Of a stretch of DNA of 64,000 nucleotides, positions 27,557 through 37,186 are shown one piece after another. The number at the start of each line of letters is the position of its first letter. The stretch's first letter is position 1. The stretch covers positions 51,885 to 115,884 of the forward strand of contig CASDPB010000128.1 in NCBI GenBank assembly GCA_949282305.1. The letters are read 5' to 3'. This stretch comes from an uncultured Lentisphaeria bacterium (lineage in GTDB: Bacteria > Verrucomicrobiota > Lentisphaeria > Victivallales > UBA1829). The notes below the pieces were generated by a model, which saw only the letters and a program-made list of their open reading frames with translations, made no database searches and had not been told where the DNA came from. Both the position numbers and the translations under genes were made by a program.

Positions 27557-27622
27557 TCTTTTCCGCTTGATTATTGCGGAAACGGAGTTATTGTGCAGTG
27601 CAAATCGAATTCAGGAGTCGGA

Positions 27623-28102
27623 ATGAATGCCAGAAAAACAAATGTGATGCGTCTGCTGGAAAATGCGCGGATAGAATACCGGATGTTTGAATATCCGGTG
27701 GATGACGGACTGATAGACGCAGTGTCCATTGCCCGTAAGATCGGGGAGAATGTGGAACAGGTGTTTAAAACACTGGTAACGCAGTCCGCATCCCATGAAC
27801 ATTTTGTGTTTGTGGTTCCGGCAAATGCGGAACTGGATTTGAAGAAGGCGGCGAAGGTTTCAGGGCAGAAGAGCATTGAAATGCTTCCTTCCAGGCAGCT
27901 TCTGCCTTTGACCGGGTATGTTCACGGCGGCTGTTCGCCGGTTGGAATGAAGAAGCCGTTCAAGACTTTTATTGATGAAACCGCGATTCTGTATGATCAT
28001 ATTTGCGTCAGCGGCGGCAGAGTCGGCACGAATCTGGCGGTCGAACCGGAGACGCTGGCAAAATTTATCGGAGCGGAGTTTGCCGATTTGGCGAAGGATT
28101 GA
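27623..28102 (+). CDS. ybaK: Cys-tRNA(Pro)/Cys-tRNA(Cys) deacylase, YbaK/EbsC family
   Basis: MNARKTNVMRLLE...IEY...; LLPLTGYVHGGCSPVG is the YbaK signature. CAGGAG lies upstream of the ATG at 27623. Confidence 0.85.
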   Translation: MNARKTNVMRLLENARIEYRMFEYPVDDGLIDAVSIARKIGENVEQVFKTLVTQSASHEHFVFVVPANAELDLKKAAKVSGQKSIEMLPSRQLLPLTGYVHGGCSPVGMKKPFKTFIDETAILYDHICVSGGRVGTNLAVEPETLAKFIGAEFADLAKD

Positions 28103-28114
28103 AGCGGAAGGAAA

Positions 28115-28149
28115 ACAGCCCGGAACAGCTGGTTGTCTGTCCGGGCTGT
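28115..28149. terminator. Perfect 10-bp hairpin between convergent genes; likely a terminator, better on the minus strand
   Basis: ACAGCCCGGA (28115-28124) pairs with TCCGGGCTGT (28140-28149). The minus-strand reading is followed by TTTTCC. There is no T-run on the plus strand. Confidence 0.5.
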
Positions 28150-28169
28150 CGGATGTGCCTGATAGCGCG

Positions 28170-29036
28170 TCAGTTGTTTTCGACGAGAGCCAGGACGTTT
28201 TTCATTGCTCTTTCGCAGGCGCTTTTGCATTCCTCCCAGCCTTCATATTCAATCGAAAGGAATCCGTCATAATTCGCCGCCTTGATGATCTTTACGATTC
28301 CCGCAAGGTTGACATCGCCGTCTCCGGTGATGGCTCCCCGGATGAAACGGCCGTGCGCAGTCGGGATGTAACCGTCCTTGCAGGGCGGGTTGCGCCGGAT
28401 GTGGAAGTCCTTGAAGTGAATCATGGAGGCATATCTGACGTTGTTCATGGTTGCGACCTCGGGATCTTCATCGACGCAGAGGAAATTTCCGACGTCCATT
28501 GTGGTGCGGAAATTGTCGCGGTTGACAGTCAGAATCAGACGCTGGACACGTTCGCTTCCCTGGAAATGGAATCCGTGATTTTCAATGCTGGTTGTGATTC
28601 CGTAAGGTTTTGCATAGTCGGCGATTTCACCGCAGGCGTCGGCTGCAATGACCAGGTCTTTTTCAAACTGTTCATAAGTCGTCTCGGGAACGGGTCTCCA
28701 CCCTGCGTCGTGGCGCATTCTTGTGACGCCCAGCTTTGCGGCGGTTTCCACTTCCTTTTTGACGCGGTCGATCTCCTTTCGGATTTCTTCGGCGGTCGGA
28801 AGCAGAAAATTTGCCCCGATTGTGTAACTGGATATTTCCATTCCGGCTTTCTTGACCGCTTTCACAATATCTGCCGCAAGCTGGTCGTTTCCTGTTACCG
28901 TATAAGAGTTTCCGGGTACGATTTCAATGTGCTTTCCCCCATGTTCCGCGGTGAATTTGATGGCTCCGAAAATGTCCATTTCACCGTTGTTGATGGCTCT
29001 TGAAAGACTGTAGGAACTCAACCCCACTTTCAGCAT
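28170..29036 (-). CDS. Sugar phosphate isomerase/epimerase (xylose isomerase-like TIM barrel)
   Basis: MLKVGLSSYS..., HIEIVPG and SIEYEGWEE are typical AP-endonuclease-2/TIM family features. Confidence 0.85.
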   Translation of the reverse strand: MLKVGLSSYSLSRAINNGEMDIFGAIKFTAEHGGKHIEIVPGNSYTVTGNDQLAADIVKAVKKAGMEISSYTIGANFLLPTAEEIRKEIDRVKKEVETAAKLGVTRMRHDAGWRPVPETTYEQFEKDLVIAADACGEIADYAKPYGITTSIENHGFHFQGSERVQRLILTVNRDNFRTTMDVGNFLCVDEDPEVATMNNVRYASMIHFKDFHIRRNPPCKDGYIPTAHGRFIRGAITGDGDVNLAGIVKIIKAANYDGFLSIEYEGWEECKSACERAMKNVLALVENN

Positions 29037-29351
29037 GATTCACACTCCTGTGTTTTTATTTTTCAGAGAAACGTTCTCCGTTCTGTTTACTAAAGCGGTT
29101 CAACCTCATATAATAAGATGATGCCTTTTTTTATTATTTCAATCGGTCAACGCGATTTTTTTGAAAAGTATTGCATCGGGACGGGGAAAATCCGTCTGCG
29201 GCTTGAAATTTGAAAAAGAGTCTGTATCTTAGCGGAAGTGCCCGGAAGGAAAAGCGGAATCCTGAAAAGAAATGCTGTCCGGTGGAATCGTCTGCCGGAA
29301 AACGCAGAGATCGCGCTGACTTTCCGTGGGAAAAAAGAGGGAAAAAAGAGT

Positions 29352-29834
29352 ATGCTGGTAAGAGATTTTGAAGAACGCGACGCCGGTCAGGTCGCCCGGA
29401 TCATGTTCGAGAGTTTCAAAACGTTTCTTGGGGAACGCATGAAGGAGAGCAGACCTGAGCCGGAAGCCTACTGGATCCGCTGTTCCTCGGAAAAGACGGA
29501 ACGCTCCATCACCCGTTCCTTTGTTGCGGAGACGGATGGAAGAGTGATCGGTTATCTGTGCGTTTCCGCCGACACGAGATCGGGGCTCGGCATCCTGCAT
29601 CGGATCGGTGTGGATCCCGAGGTATTTGCGAGAGGCTGCGGGCGGGCGCTGTTCCATGCCGCTGAATTGTTCTGGAAGGAGCTGAAGATGCGCAAGATTT
29701 ACACCTGCACTTCGCATATCAACCTCCGTGCCCAGGCATTTTACAAAAAGATGGGCTTTGTGGAGGAAGGGCGTCTGAAAGATCATTTCTACAGGGGCGT
29801 GGATGAAATCCAGCTCGCAAAATTCTATGAATGA
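29352..29834 (+). CDS. GNAT-family N-acetyltransferase
   Basis: VIGYLCV...LHRIGVDPEVFARGCGRALF...AQAFYKKMGF matches the acetyl-CoA binding motif A region. Confidence 0.8.
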   Translation: MLVRDFEERDAGQVARIMFESFKTFLGERMKESRPEPEAYWIRCSSEKTERSITRSFVAETDGRVIGYLCVSADTRSGLGILHRIGVDPEVFARGCGRALFHAAELFWKELKMRKIYTCTSHINLRAQAFYKKMGFVEEGRLKDHFYRGVDEIQLAKFYE

Positions 29835-29859
29835 ATCGTCAGGAAAGGATGAAGCTGCC

Positions 29860-30789
29860 ATGTTTGTCGATGTTCATGCTCACGCTTACCGGAAGCCGGT
29901 ACCGTTTGTCGTGCAGTTCCCAAGTGTGGACGAACTGCTGAAACGTTATGACGAGTGCGGAATTGAAATGGGATGTGTTCTGCCTGTCGTGAATTCGGAA
30001 ATCTATCTGCCGCAGTCCAATGAGGATATTCTTGACATGGCGGAACAGCATCCGGACAGGATTATTCCCTTCTGCAATGTGGACCCGCGCGCATTAAGCG
30101 ATTCCCCTCATGCTCCGCTGGACCGCGTTCTCGCTTACTACAAGGACAAAGGATGCCGCGGGGTGGGGGAGATCATGCCGAATCTTGCGACGATGGATGA
30201 ACGGGTGCAGAATCTTTTCCGATGCGCGGAGAAGGTCGGACTGCCAGTGACGTGGGACGGTTCCGACCGGATCGGGGGAGATTTCGGTTTGTACGACGAA
30301 CCCGGGATTCCCCAGTTTGAACGAACCCTTGCGCGGTTCCCGAAGCTGACGGTGTTTGCGCATGGCCCGATTTTCTGGTCTGAACTGGGGAGACTTGAGA
30401 CTCCGGCACAGCGCAAGCCGGTTTTCAATGACAATGCGGATTATGTATTTTCCGAAATGCCGGTTTCACCGATCCGTGAGGAAGGTGTGGTGCCGAAGCT
30501 GTTCCGGCATTATCCGAATCTCCTCGGGGAACTTTCCGACGCTTTCCGGATGTTGAACTGCGATCACGATTACGGACCGAAATTTCTGACGGAGTTCCAG
30601 AACCGGCTGTTTTTCGGGACGGACATCTGTTTTGCATCCATGCCGTTCAATACAATGAACCTGCTGCTGCAATGGCGCGCGGAGAAAAAAATATCGGAGA
30701 CGGTGTTCCGGAAAATCGCCCGGGAAAACGCGATCCGTTTCTTCGGTCTGCCGCTCCCCGTTGACGGAGATTCCGCTTCCGGCAGGTGA
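29860..30789 (+). CDS. Amidohydrolase-family (amidohydrolase_2-like) metal-dependent hydrolase
   Basis: MFVDVHAHAY (HxH) and FGTD near the C-terminus. AGGAAAGGA lies upstream of the ATG at 29860. Confidence 0.8.
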   Translation: MFVDVHAHAYRKPVPFVVQFPSVDELLKRYDECGIEMGCVLPVVNSEIYLPQSNEDILDMAEQHPDRIIPFCNVDPRALSDSPHAPLDRVLAYYKDKGCRGVGEIMPNLATMDERVQNLFRCAEKVGLPVTWDGSDRIGGDFGLYDEPGIPQFERTLARFPKLTVFAHGPIFWSELGRLETPAQRKPVFNDNADYVFSEMPVSPIREEGVVPKLFRHYPNLLGELSDAFRMLNCDHDYGPKFLTEFQNRLFFGTDICFASMPFNTMNLLLQWRAEKKISETVFRKIARENAIRFFGLPLPVDGDSASGR

Positions 30790-30793
30790 TTTT

Positions 30794-31084
30794 TCAGGAG
30801 AGGTTCTCCTCTTCCCCCGGAGTTTCGGGAGCGGGAACCTCCATATTTTTCCACATGGTTCCTCCTGCGGGATTCTTCTGGAGGACGTCGATTTTTCTTT
30901 TGAGGGAATTCAGCTTCTTGTGGCAGACTGCCGCCAGAGCGGTTCCCTCTTCGAAATTGCCGATCATCTGTTCCAGCGGCACTTTTCCGCCTTCCATGTT
31001 TCTGACAATTTCCTCCAGACGCATCATTCCCTCTTCAAAGGAAAGTTCTTCAAACTCTTTTATTTTAGCCTCGTCGATTGCCAT
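30794..31084 (-). CDS. xseB: Exodeoxyribonuclease VII small subunit
   Basis: LSFEEGMMRLEEIVRNMEGGKVPLEQMIGNFEEGTALAAVCHKKL is the XseB helical-hairpin signature. Confidence 0.85.
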   Translation of the reverse strand: MAIDEAKIKEFEELSFEEGMMRLEEIVRNMEGGKVPLEQMIGNFEEGTALAAVCHKKLNSLKRKIDVLQKNPAGGTMWKNMEVPAPETPGEEENLS

Positions 31085-31140
31085 GATAAACTCCCGTTGT
31101 TATGAATCAATGTCGTTAACCCCCTGCCTGTCCTGCCGCG

Positions 31141-34100
31141 TCAATCTTTCAGGAGGAATTCAAAATCCTCCATGCTCATGCCGCGCATGGCTTCGGAGGG
31201 CGCTTCCACCAGATTGTTGAACAGTCCGGCTTTCATCCGCTGGAGTTCCAGCACTTTTTCCTCAATTGAGTTCTTGACCAGAAGTTTGATGCAGTTCACA
31301 CTTTTTGTCTGCCCGATTCTGTGCGTCCGGTCCGCCGCCTGCGCTTCCGCCGCGGGGTTCCACCAGGGGTCGTAGATGATGACCGTGTCGGCGGAGGTCA
31401 GGTTCAGACCGAGCCCGCCTGCTTTGAGACTCAAAAGGAAAAGCGGGATGTCCGCGGAGTTGTTGAATGCGTCCACATGCGCCATGCGGTCCGTTGTCGC
31501 ACCGTCCAGATATTCATAACGGATGGATTCGGAATCCAGCCAGCTGCGCACGATTGACAGAAGAGATGTGAACTGGCTGAACAGCAGCACCTTATGTCCG
31601 CTGTCGATGGTTTCGAGCAGAAGTTCTTTCAGGAGTTCCATTTTTGCGGATCTTACCGGCGCATTCGCATCCGGTCTGAGAGTTCCCGGGATCAGGTCGG
31701 GATGGCAGCAGACCTGACGCAGACGGAGCAGGGAGGACAGAATTTCAAACTTGGAAAGTCCGTGCGAACCGGATTTGAGGATCTCGCACTTGCGGCGTCC
31801 TTCGGCAAGAAACGCATCATAGACTTTGCGCTGGGATTCGTCCATTTCACAATACAGGGTCTGCTCGATTTTCGGCGGTATTTCCTTATAGACGTCCGCC
31901 TTTTTGCGGCGCAGGATGAACGGCGCGATCTGCGAGGAAAGATCCCGGATCGCATCCGGCGATGCCGTCTGCGCGATGTATTTTCTGCGGAAGGAGTTCA
32001 GTGTTCCGAACATTCCCTGATGCAGAAAATCGAAAATCGACCAGAGGTCTTCCGGCGAATTTTCCAGCGGCGTGCCGGTGAGAACCAGTTTATGTCGCGC
32101 TTCGATGGATTTGCAGGTCTGCGAGTTTCCCGTAGACGGGTTCTTGATGTGCTGCGCTTCATCAAGGATCAGGTACTTGAACTGAAGCCCGCGCACATGT
32201 TCCACATCGCGCTTGATGATGCTGTAGGAGCAGATGCAGATGTCGTGGAAGAGTGCATTTTCCCATAGCTTTCTGCGGTCGCTTCCTGTTATGACCAGGG
32301 TTTTCAAGGTCGGGACGAATTTTTCCGCTTCGCGCGCCCAGTTTTCCAGAAGGCTGGTGGGACATAGAATCAGGGCAGGCAGATTTTTTTCCGTATCGGA
32401 GGCAAGCAGGGAGAGAGTCTGAACCGTTTTTCCAAGTCCCATTTCATCCGCCAGAATCAGGTTGAATCCGCGTGCTCCGAGTGTTTTCATCCAGAGAACG
32501 CCCGCCTGCTGGTATTTGCGCAGCGTTCCCTTGAACAGCGGCAGTTCCAGCTTGCCGGCTTCCGAAGAAGCCTCCTCGCCGATGCCGTCCACATCGACTT
32601 TCAGACGCAGGAACTCCACCGGCACGGCGCCGGGTATTTCCGCGCCGAGCTCCGCCCAGTGCAGGGCGGCAAAACGGGGCACACGCAGGATGTCGGATGT
32701 GCTGACCCGGTCTTTTTCTTCATTGCGGATCTGCGGAATGGCGGTTTCGCAGACTCCGTATGCAAGCCGGCGCAGGGCGGGAGGAACCTTGATGAAGCTG
32801 CCTTTGGCGCCGGAGAGGAACAGTTCGTTGTTTTTTGCGGCGGCGACAAGGTCGCGCCACGGAAGCGGCTGGGAGGCGGAGGACAGTTTTACGGACACAT
32901 CGAACCATGCGTCGGTTTCCGCCAGAACCTCCGTCGATATCCGGAGTCTGCCCGAGTCCCCGCAGAGCAGAGCCAGATCCGAAGACAGCAGAAATGCCCG
33001 TCCTGTGCTCAGCCATTGTGGGATCAGCTCGTCCGCAAACGCGCCGATGGCTTCCCCGTCGCGCAGGATCAGCCGCGTTTCGCCGTCCGAACTTGACGCC
33101 CCCGAGAGCATTTCAAAACCGAAGTTGACGAGTTCCCGGACATACATCTCCTCCACATTGGTGTTCCGTTTCCAGAAGACGCCGTTCTGCGAAGCGAGGC
33201 GCGCCTGATCCGCCTTGCAGATACGCCCGTCGTAGTCGAACAGAATTTCGACTTCCAGCGCTCCGTCTTTCGTCATGGCGGCATTGTAGAAGGGTTTGAG
33301 TTTCTTCTCGCGCACTTTCACACCGTCGGTTTCGATCAGTTTGAACGGAAGCATCGCCTGGAAGTTTATCAGCATTGCCGCCGCTTTCGTGTCGCACGGC
33401 TGAACTGTGGTGCGCAGGAAATTGCGGAGCCACGCGACGTCCATCTGCGCCGGGATCCACCAGTATTCCCCGAGCATTCCCACCCAGCAGCCGGCGCGTC
33501 CCGTGATGACTTTGACGTCTTTCAGAGGCAGAGGCGAGCCTTTCACGATGATTGCGGAACGCAACAGACAGCCTCCCTTGAGACGTTCCACCATGATGAC
33601 GGGCTCCGCGAGTTCCCGGTGGATGACGACCTTTTCGTTGAGGCGCGTGAAGTTCTGGAAGCCTACCAGACAATGGAAAAATTCGGCGGTCTGTTCCGCA
33701 TCCAGGGACAGCTTGGTTCCGTCCTGCTGGGCGTTGATTGCCAGAAAACGGATGATCTGGCGGTCCTGAAGCGGAAATGCGTCAAGCTGGAGCGACGCCG
33801 CGAGATTCTTCCCGAAATGAAGCTGGCGCAGATTGTTCAGGTTGCCGATGTAATCGCGCCCGTTCATTTTGAGGGATACGGAAAACAGCGTGCGTTCCCA
33901 TTTGCTCGGGACATGGGGAAAATCGGATTCCGCCGTGATGATGACCGCAGCCTTCTGAGGCGCAAGCACCTGTTTCAGGAGTTCGGGCATTCCGGAAAAT
34001 TTCAGCCCGGCATACTGTGCCGGAGTGTCCTTGACCTTGGCGGCGTCTTTGTGCTTGATGGTATACTTCGCATGATACAGGCATGCCGCCAGACTGTGCG

Positions 34101-34350
34101 GGCAGAGTCCTGCGGCGACGTCGGTGCAGGAACTGCATGTGCAGGTGTAAGGTCCGTGCGGAAAGCCGGTGACTTCGGTACGTGTCACGATTCCCTTTGC
34201 ATCGCGGAATATTGCACGCAAGGTTTTTGCCGCTGTTTCGTGACAGCAGAGCAGTTCATTGGCATGCAGAATATGTTTAGCCTTCTTGAAAACTTCTTTT
34301 GAAGAATATTTTACCAGTCTTGCTTCAAAACTCTCACCCATCGTCAACAT
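31141..34350 (-). CDS. SNF2-family helicase/ATPase with an N-terminal SWIM zinc finger
   Basis: CTCSSC...LCPH (CxC..CxH SWIM), ILADEMGLGKT (motif I), LILDEAQHIKN (DEAQ/DExH), and the C-terminal helicase motif AADRTHRIGQ. Confidence 0.9.
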   Translation of the reverse strand: MLTMGESFEARLVKYSSKEVFKKAKHILHANELLCCHETAAKTLRAIFRDAKGIVTRTEVTGFPHGPYTCTCSSCTDVAAGLCPHSLAACLYHAKYTIKHKDAAKVKDTPAQYAGLKFSGMPELLKQVLAPQKAAVIITAESDFPHVPSKWERTLFSVSLKMNGRDYIGNLNNLRQLHFGKNLAASLQLDAFPLQDRQIIRFLAINAQQDGTKLSLDAEQTAEFFHCLVGFQNFTRLNEKVVIHRELAEPVIMVERLKGGCLLRSAIIVKGSPLPLKDVKVITGRAGCWVGMLGEYWWIPAQMDVAWLRNFLRTTVQPCDTKAAAMLINFQAMLPFKLIETDGVKVREKKLKPFYNAAMTKDGALEVEILFDYDGRICKADQARLASQNGVFWKRNTNVEEMYVRELVNFGFEMLSGASSSDGETRLILRDGEAIGAFADELIPQWLSTGRAFLLSSDLALLCGDSGRLRISTEVLAETDAWFDVSVKLSSASQPLPWRDLVAAAKNNELFLSGAKGSFIKVPPALRRLAYGVCETAIPQIRNEEKDRVSTSDILRVPRFAALHWAELGAEIPGAVPVEFLRLKVDVDGIGEEASSEAGKLELPLFKGTLRKYQQAGVLWMKTLGARGFNLILADEMGLGKTVQTLSLLASDTEKNLPALILCPTSLLENWAREAEKFVPTLKTLVITGSDRRKLWENALFHDICICSYSIIKRDVEHVRGLQFKYLILDEAQHIKNPSTGNSQTCKSIEARHKLVLTGTPLENSPEDLWSIFDFLHQGMFGTLNSFRRKYIAQTASPDAIRDLSSQIAPFILRRKKADVYKEIPPKIEQTLYCEMDESQRKVYDAFLAEGRRKCEILKSGSHGLSKFEILSSLLRLRQVCCHPDLIPGTLRPDANAPVRSAKMELLKELLLETIDSGHKVLLFSQFTSLLSIVRSWLDSESIRYEYLDGATTDRMAHVDAFNNSADIPLFLLSLKAGGLGLNLTSADTVIIYDPWWNPAAEAQAADRTHRIGQTKSVNCIKLLVKNSIEEKVLELQRMKAGLFNNLVEAPSEAMRGMSMEDFEFLLKD

Positions 34351-34761
34351 CCTTATCGCTAAAATAACGGGGAAAACATACGTCGAACTGGCAATCTAGC
34401 ACAGATTGAAAAGAAATAAAGCCCGGAAAATGCTTTCCCGGAAAAAAAAACGGAAAAAGCCGCTGTCCCGATTTCCGGCGCCGCCCGTCCCTGGAGCCGG
34501 AGGAACGAGGAGAGTTTGCCGGGGCGTCGCGCCGGAAACATGCTTCCCGGATTGACGGCTTGAAAACGGCGGGCACCGTTCCGGAGATTTTCCGGCAGGA
34601 CGGCGCTGCGTCTGTTTCCCGATCGCCGGATTTTCCGCACGGGATTCCATTTCGCGCCGTGTCTCTTTCCGGAAAAAGGCGGGGCTTTCCTGCGTTTTTT
34701 GTTGCATTTGGTATTTTATGGGTTAAATTATGGAGCAGATTACGGAAGGATGTTTTTTATC

Positions 34762-35448
34762 ATGGATATGGAAAAGATTTCAAGCAGTCTGGAAGATTAT
34801 CTGGAGGCGATTGCCGAGATTATCGAAGACAAGGGGCATGCGCATACGAAAGATATTGCCGATAAACTGCGTGTGAAAATGCCGTCCGTCACCAGTGCGC
34901 TCCAGACTCTTTCCGCAAAAGGTCTGATCCGCTATCAGTCTCATTCCCCGGTGGTTCTGACTGCCGCGGGAAGCGAGCGCGCCGCCGTCATCCGTCTGCG
35001 TCACGCGGCATTCAATAATTTTTTCCGTGAAATATTGAAACTGTCGCCGGAAGAGGCAAACGACACCGCCTGCAAAGTGGAACATATCGTCTGCGAGAAG
35101 GTGATGTCCCGGTTTGTCAGCCTGACCGATGCGATCATGCAGCGGAGCGATTGCGCCGAATTGCGGAAATATCTGGAGCAGACCATGCCGCAGATATGTT
35201 CGGATTCCACGGAGGATCTGGTTTCGCTGGATCAGCTGGCAGTGGGGCAGTCCGGAATTGTCGTGCGCGTGAGCAATACACTGCGCGGCATCAAGAAATT
35301 TGCCGATCTGGGGCTGGTCGCCGGGACGCTTCTTCAGATGGAGGGTCATGCTCCGTTCGGTGATCTGCTCCGAATCCGCGTGATGGGAAGCAGTCTTTCC
35401 ATGCGCGCCAAGGATGCCGCCCATATCTGGCTGCGGCTGACTGACTGA
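34762..35448 (+). CDS. DtxR/MntR-family metal-dependent regulator with a C-terminal FeoA (SH3-like) domain
   Basis: SSLEDYLEAIAEI...HAHTKDIADKLRVKMPSVTSAL forms the wHTH. The C-terminal LAVGQSGIVVRV...LGLVAGTLLQM is FeoA-like. Confidence 0.85.
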   Translation: MDMEKISSSLEDYLEAIAEIIEDKGHAHTKDIADKLRVKMPSVTSALQTLSAKGLIRYQSHSPVVLTAAGSERAAVIRLRHAAFNNFFREILKLSPEEANDTACKVEHIVCEKVMSRFVSLTDAIMQRSDCAELRKYLEQTMPQICSDSTEDLVSLDQLAVGQSGIVVRVSNTLRGIKKFADLGLVAGTLLQMEGHAPFGDLLRIRVMGSSLSMRAKDAAHIWLRLTD

Positions 35449-35796
35449 TCCGCGGACCTTTTGTTTTCGGAAAGACGATGGCGAGTTCCGTTATTGGGAA
35501 CATTGCGGAAATCCGCGGGGACATTTTGACGATCGGAAGACTGCCGCAGTGGAGAGCATCCCTGATTCGGGGCAGGGGGATATGCCGCTCTTTGCCGTTT
35601 GCATCATGGCTTTTCAGACTCATTGTTTTCCGGGCGGCTATGACAAAGCGCCGGCTGCCCTGTGCAAACTCTGCTGACTTCATCCGGACAGCGTCGAACG
35701 CTTCTGTTCACTCCCCGCTCGGAAAGGGCTTGATTTTTCTCTTTGAGCTGGAGTTGTGCCTTGCTTCTGAAAGCGTCATCTTCCGGGGTCCGGCAG

Positions 35797-35825
35797 TTGC
35801 AAATACTGCGGGGAACGGATATATT
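35797..35825 (+). promoter_or_regulatory. Candidate sigma-70 promoter for the DMT transporter gene
   Basis: TTGCAA (35797-35802), a 17-nt spacer, then TATATT (35820-35825). AAGGAG SD is at 35837-35842. Confidence 0.4.
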
Positions 35826-35852
35826 ACCTGATTTGCAAGGAGTCTTTCAATT

Positions 35853-36743
35853 ATGGTTTTTGGTATCGCTGCCGGCTTTTTCAGTGCGTTCATGCAGTCC
35901 GCTTCCTATATTTTTTCGCGCCGCTTTGTCCTGAAACATGGCAAGCCCGGACTGCTGGTGGTCTATTCTCAGGCTGTCATGTGCATTTTCGGAATCCTGA
36001 CGTTGGCATTGACAACTCCTTTTGTGGATTTCCCGCTGAACTGGCAGTTTTTCGGTCTGCTGGCTGTTTTTGTCGCTGCCAGCAATATCGGATACTTCTG
36101 TTTTTTCCGGGCTTTGAGGGAAATAGAGGCTTCACGGCTGAGTTCACTCCTGGGACTGAAGATCGTGGTGCTGGCTGTAATCAGCCTGATTTTGCTTCAC
36201 CGTCCGCTGCATGTGGGACAGTATCTTGCGGTTCTTCTCTCCGCCGTGGCTGCGGTCGGGATGAATTTTACCGGCGGACCGTTGAACCGCAGGGGGATTC
36301 AGTTTCTTCTGCTGACGCTTCTTGCCTATGCGACTGCCGATCTTGTTGAGACCCGGATGATTCTCATGATGCCGGGAGACCGGCTGTTCCTGAATTCGAT
36401 TGCGGTAACGGGAATTGCATTTGCCGCACTCGGATGTGTGTCCAGCCTGGCGCTTTTCCGGATGCCGCGCAGTTGGCGTTATCTGGCGGATGCGGTGCCT
36501 TATGCCGCTTCCTGGTATCTGGCAATGATTTTCCTGTTTGCTTCCTTTGGCGCGGTCGGTGTTCTGTTCGGCAATATCATTCAGGCAAGCAGGGGATTGA
36601 TTTCCGTTCTGCTGGGAGTGATTCTTCTGAAAACGGGACTCGACTGTCTGGAGCCCCGCGTCGACGGCAGGGCATGGGCGCGCCGCATTGTTATGGCGGT
36701 TCTGATGCTGATCGCCATGGCGCTGTATTCACTGGCTGGATGA
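35853..36743 (+). CDS. DMT-superfamily (EamA-like) transporter
   Basis: About 10 predicted hydrophobic helices in a 296-aa protein with two-fold internal organisation. Confidence 0.75.
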   Translation: MVFGIAAGFFSAFMQSASYIFSRRFVLKHGKPGLLVVYSQAVMCIFGILTLALTTPFVDFPLNWQFFGLLAVFVAASNIGYFCFFRALREIEASRLSSLLGLKIVVLAVISLILLHRPLHVGQYLAVLLSAVAAVGMNFTGGPLNRRGIQFLLLTLLAYATADLVETRMILMMPGDRLFLNSIAVTGIAFAALGCVSSLALFRMPRSWRYLADAVPYAASWYLAMIFLFASFGAVGVLFGNIIQASRGLISVLLGVILLKTGLDCLEPRVDGRAWARRIVMAVLMLIAMALYSLAG

Positions 36744-36904
36744 GTTTTCCTTTTTGTCGAAGAGGGGCATTTCCCTTGTGGTTCATACAGCTGTGAAATC
36801 TGTTACAGCTCATCGGGAAAAGAATCAGATGAACTTCCGTTTTTTCCGTTTTCATGGTTCCCGTCAATTCCTGCCGAAAGCAATTAGGCTTTTCTATTTC
36901 TTCT

Positions 36905-36920
36905 TGTGAATTGATTCACA
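36905..36920. promoter_or_regulatory. Perfect CRP/FNR-family-type palindrome TGTGA-N6-TCACA
   Basis: TGTGAATTGATTCACA read directly from the sequence, in the AT-rich region upstream of the hydrogenase operon. Confidence 0.45.
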
Positions 36921-37030
36921 AATAAAATAATTCATTAATTTTGTGTTATGTAACATTTTGGTATTGAACAGTTTGAATTGTGAATGCCGCGAGTGGGAAA
37001 AGAATCCGCATTCGGGAATGTATTATGCGC

Positions 37031-37058
37031 TTGACAAACATTTGAAAGCTGATATAGT
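37031..37058 (+). promoter_or_regulatory. Candidate sigma-70 promoter of the hydrogenase operon
   Basis: TTGACA (37031-37036), a 16-nt spacer, then TATAGT (37053-37058). This implies a leader of about 270 nt. Confidence 0.5.
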
Positions 37059-37063
37059 TATTG

Positions 37064-37079
37064 TGTGAAACAAATCACG
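37064..37079. promoter_or_regulatory. Second CRP-like half-palindrome pair, TGTGA-N6-TCACG, at the predicted +1
   Basis: TGTGAAACAAATCACG lies immediately downstream of the -10 element. Confidence 0.35.
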
Positions 37080-37093
37080 TTATATTTTTTTCA

Positions 37094-37186
37094 GGCTGTC
37101 ATTTTTTTGGAAAGACTGTTGTTTTTCAAGGGGTTGGGAAGGAACAGCGATTCGGGGAATGCAGTCTGTAAGGGTAAATGACAGCC
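37094..37186 (+). other. Nested-stem RNA structure in the hydrogenase 5' leader (candidate cis-regulatory RNA)
   Basis: An 11-bp perfect outer stem, GGCTGTCATTT (37094-37104) with AAATGACAGCC (37176-37186), encloses a 6-bp stem, AGACTG (37113-37118) with CAGTCT (37162-37167). Confidence 0.35.

Noticed and set aside
30761-31220. Plus-strand ORFs 30761-31105 and 30786-31220 overlapping xseB.
   Set aside because: They are antisense to a clear XseB signature and have Ser/Phe-rich, low-complexity translations.
31141-34350. SNF2/SWIM helicase as the core of an anti-phage defence system.
   Set aside because: There is no partner nuclease, methylase or other defence-associated gene. The flanks are metabolic or housekeeping genes and there is no compositional island signature. 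It is kept only as a low-interest observation.
34359-34707. Three overlapping 80-103-aa minus-strand ORFs in the SNF2/DtxR spacer.
   Set aside because: They mutually overlap in different frames, are Arg/Pro-rich, and have no SD or motifs. They are artefacts of a GC-rich non-coding spacer.
35478-35831. 117-aa plus-strand ORF, and the 130-aa minus-strand ORF 35291-35683, in the 400-bp gap between the DtxR-FeoA and DMT genes.
   Set aside because: No recognisable motifs and no SD. The minus-strand ORF overlaps the end of the DtxR gene. The composition is not coding-like, so the gap is left unannotated.
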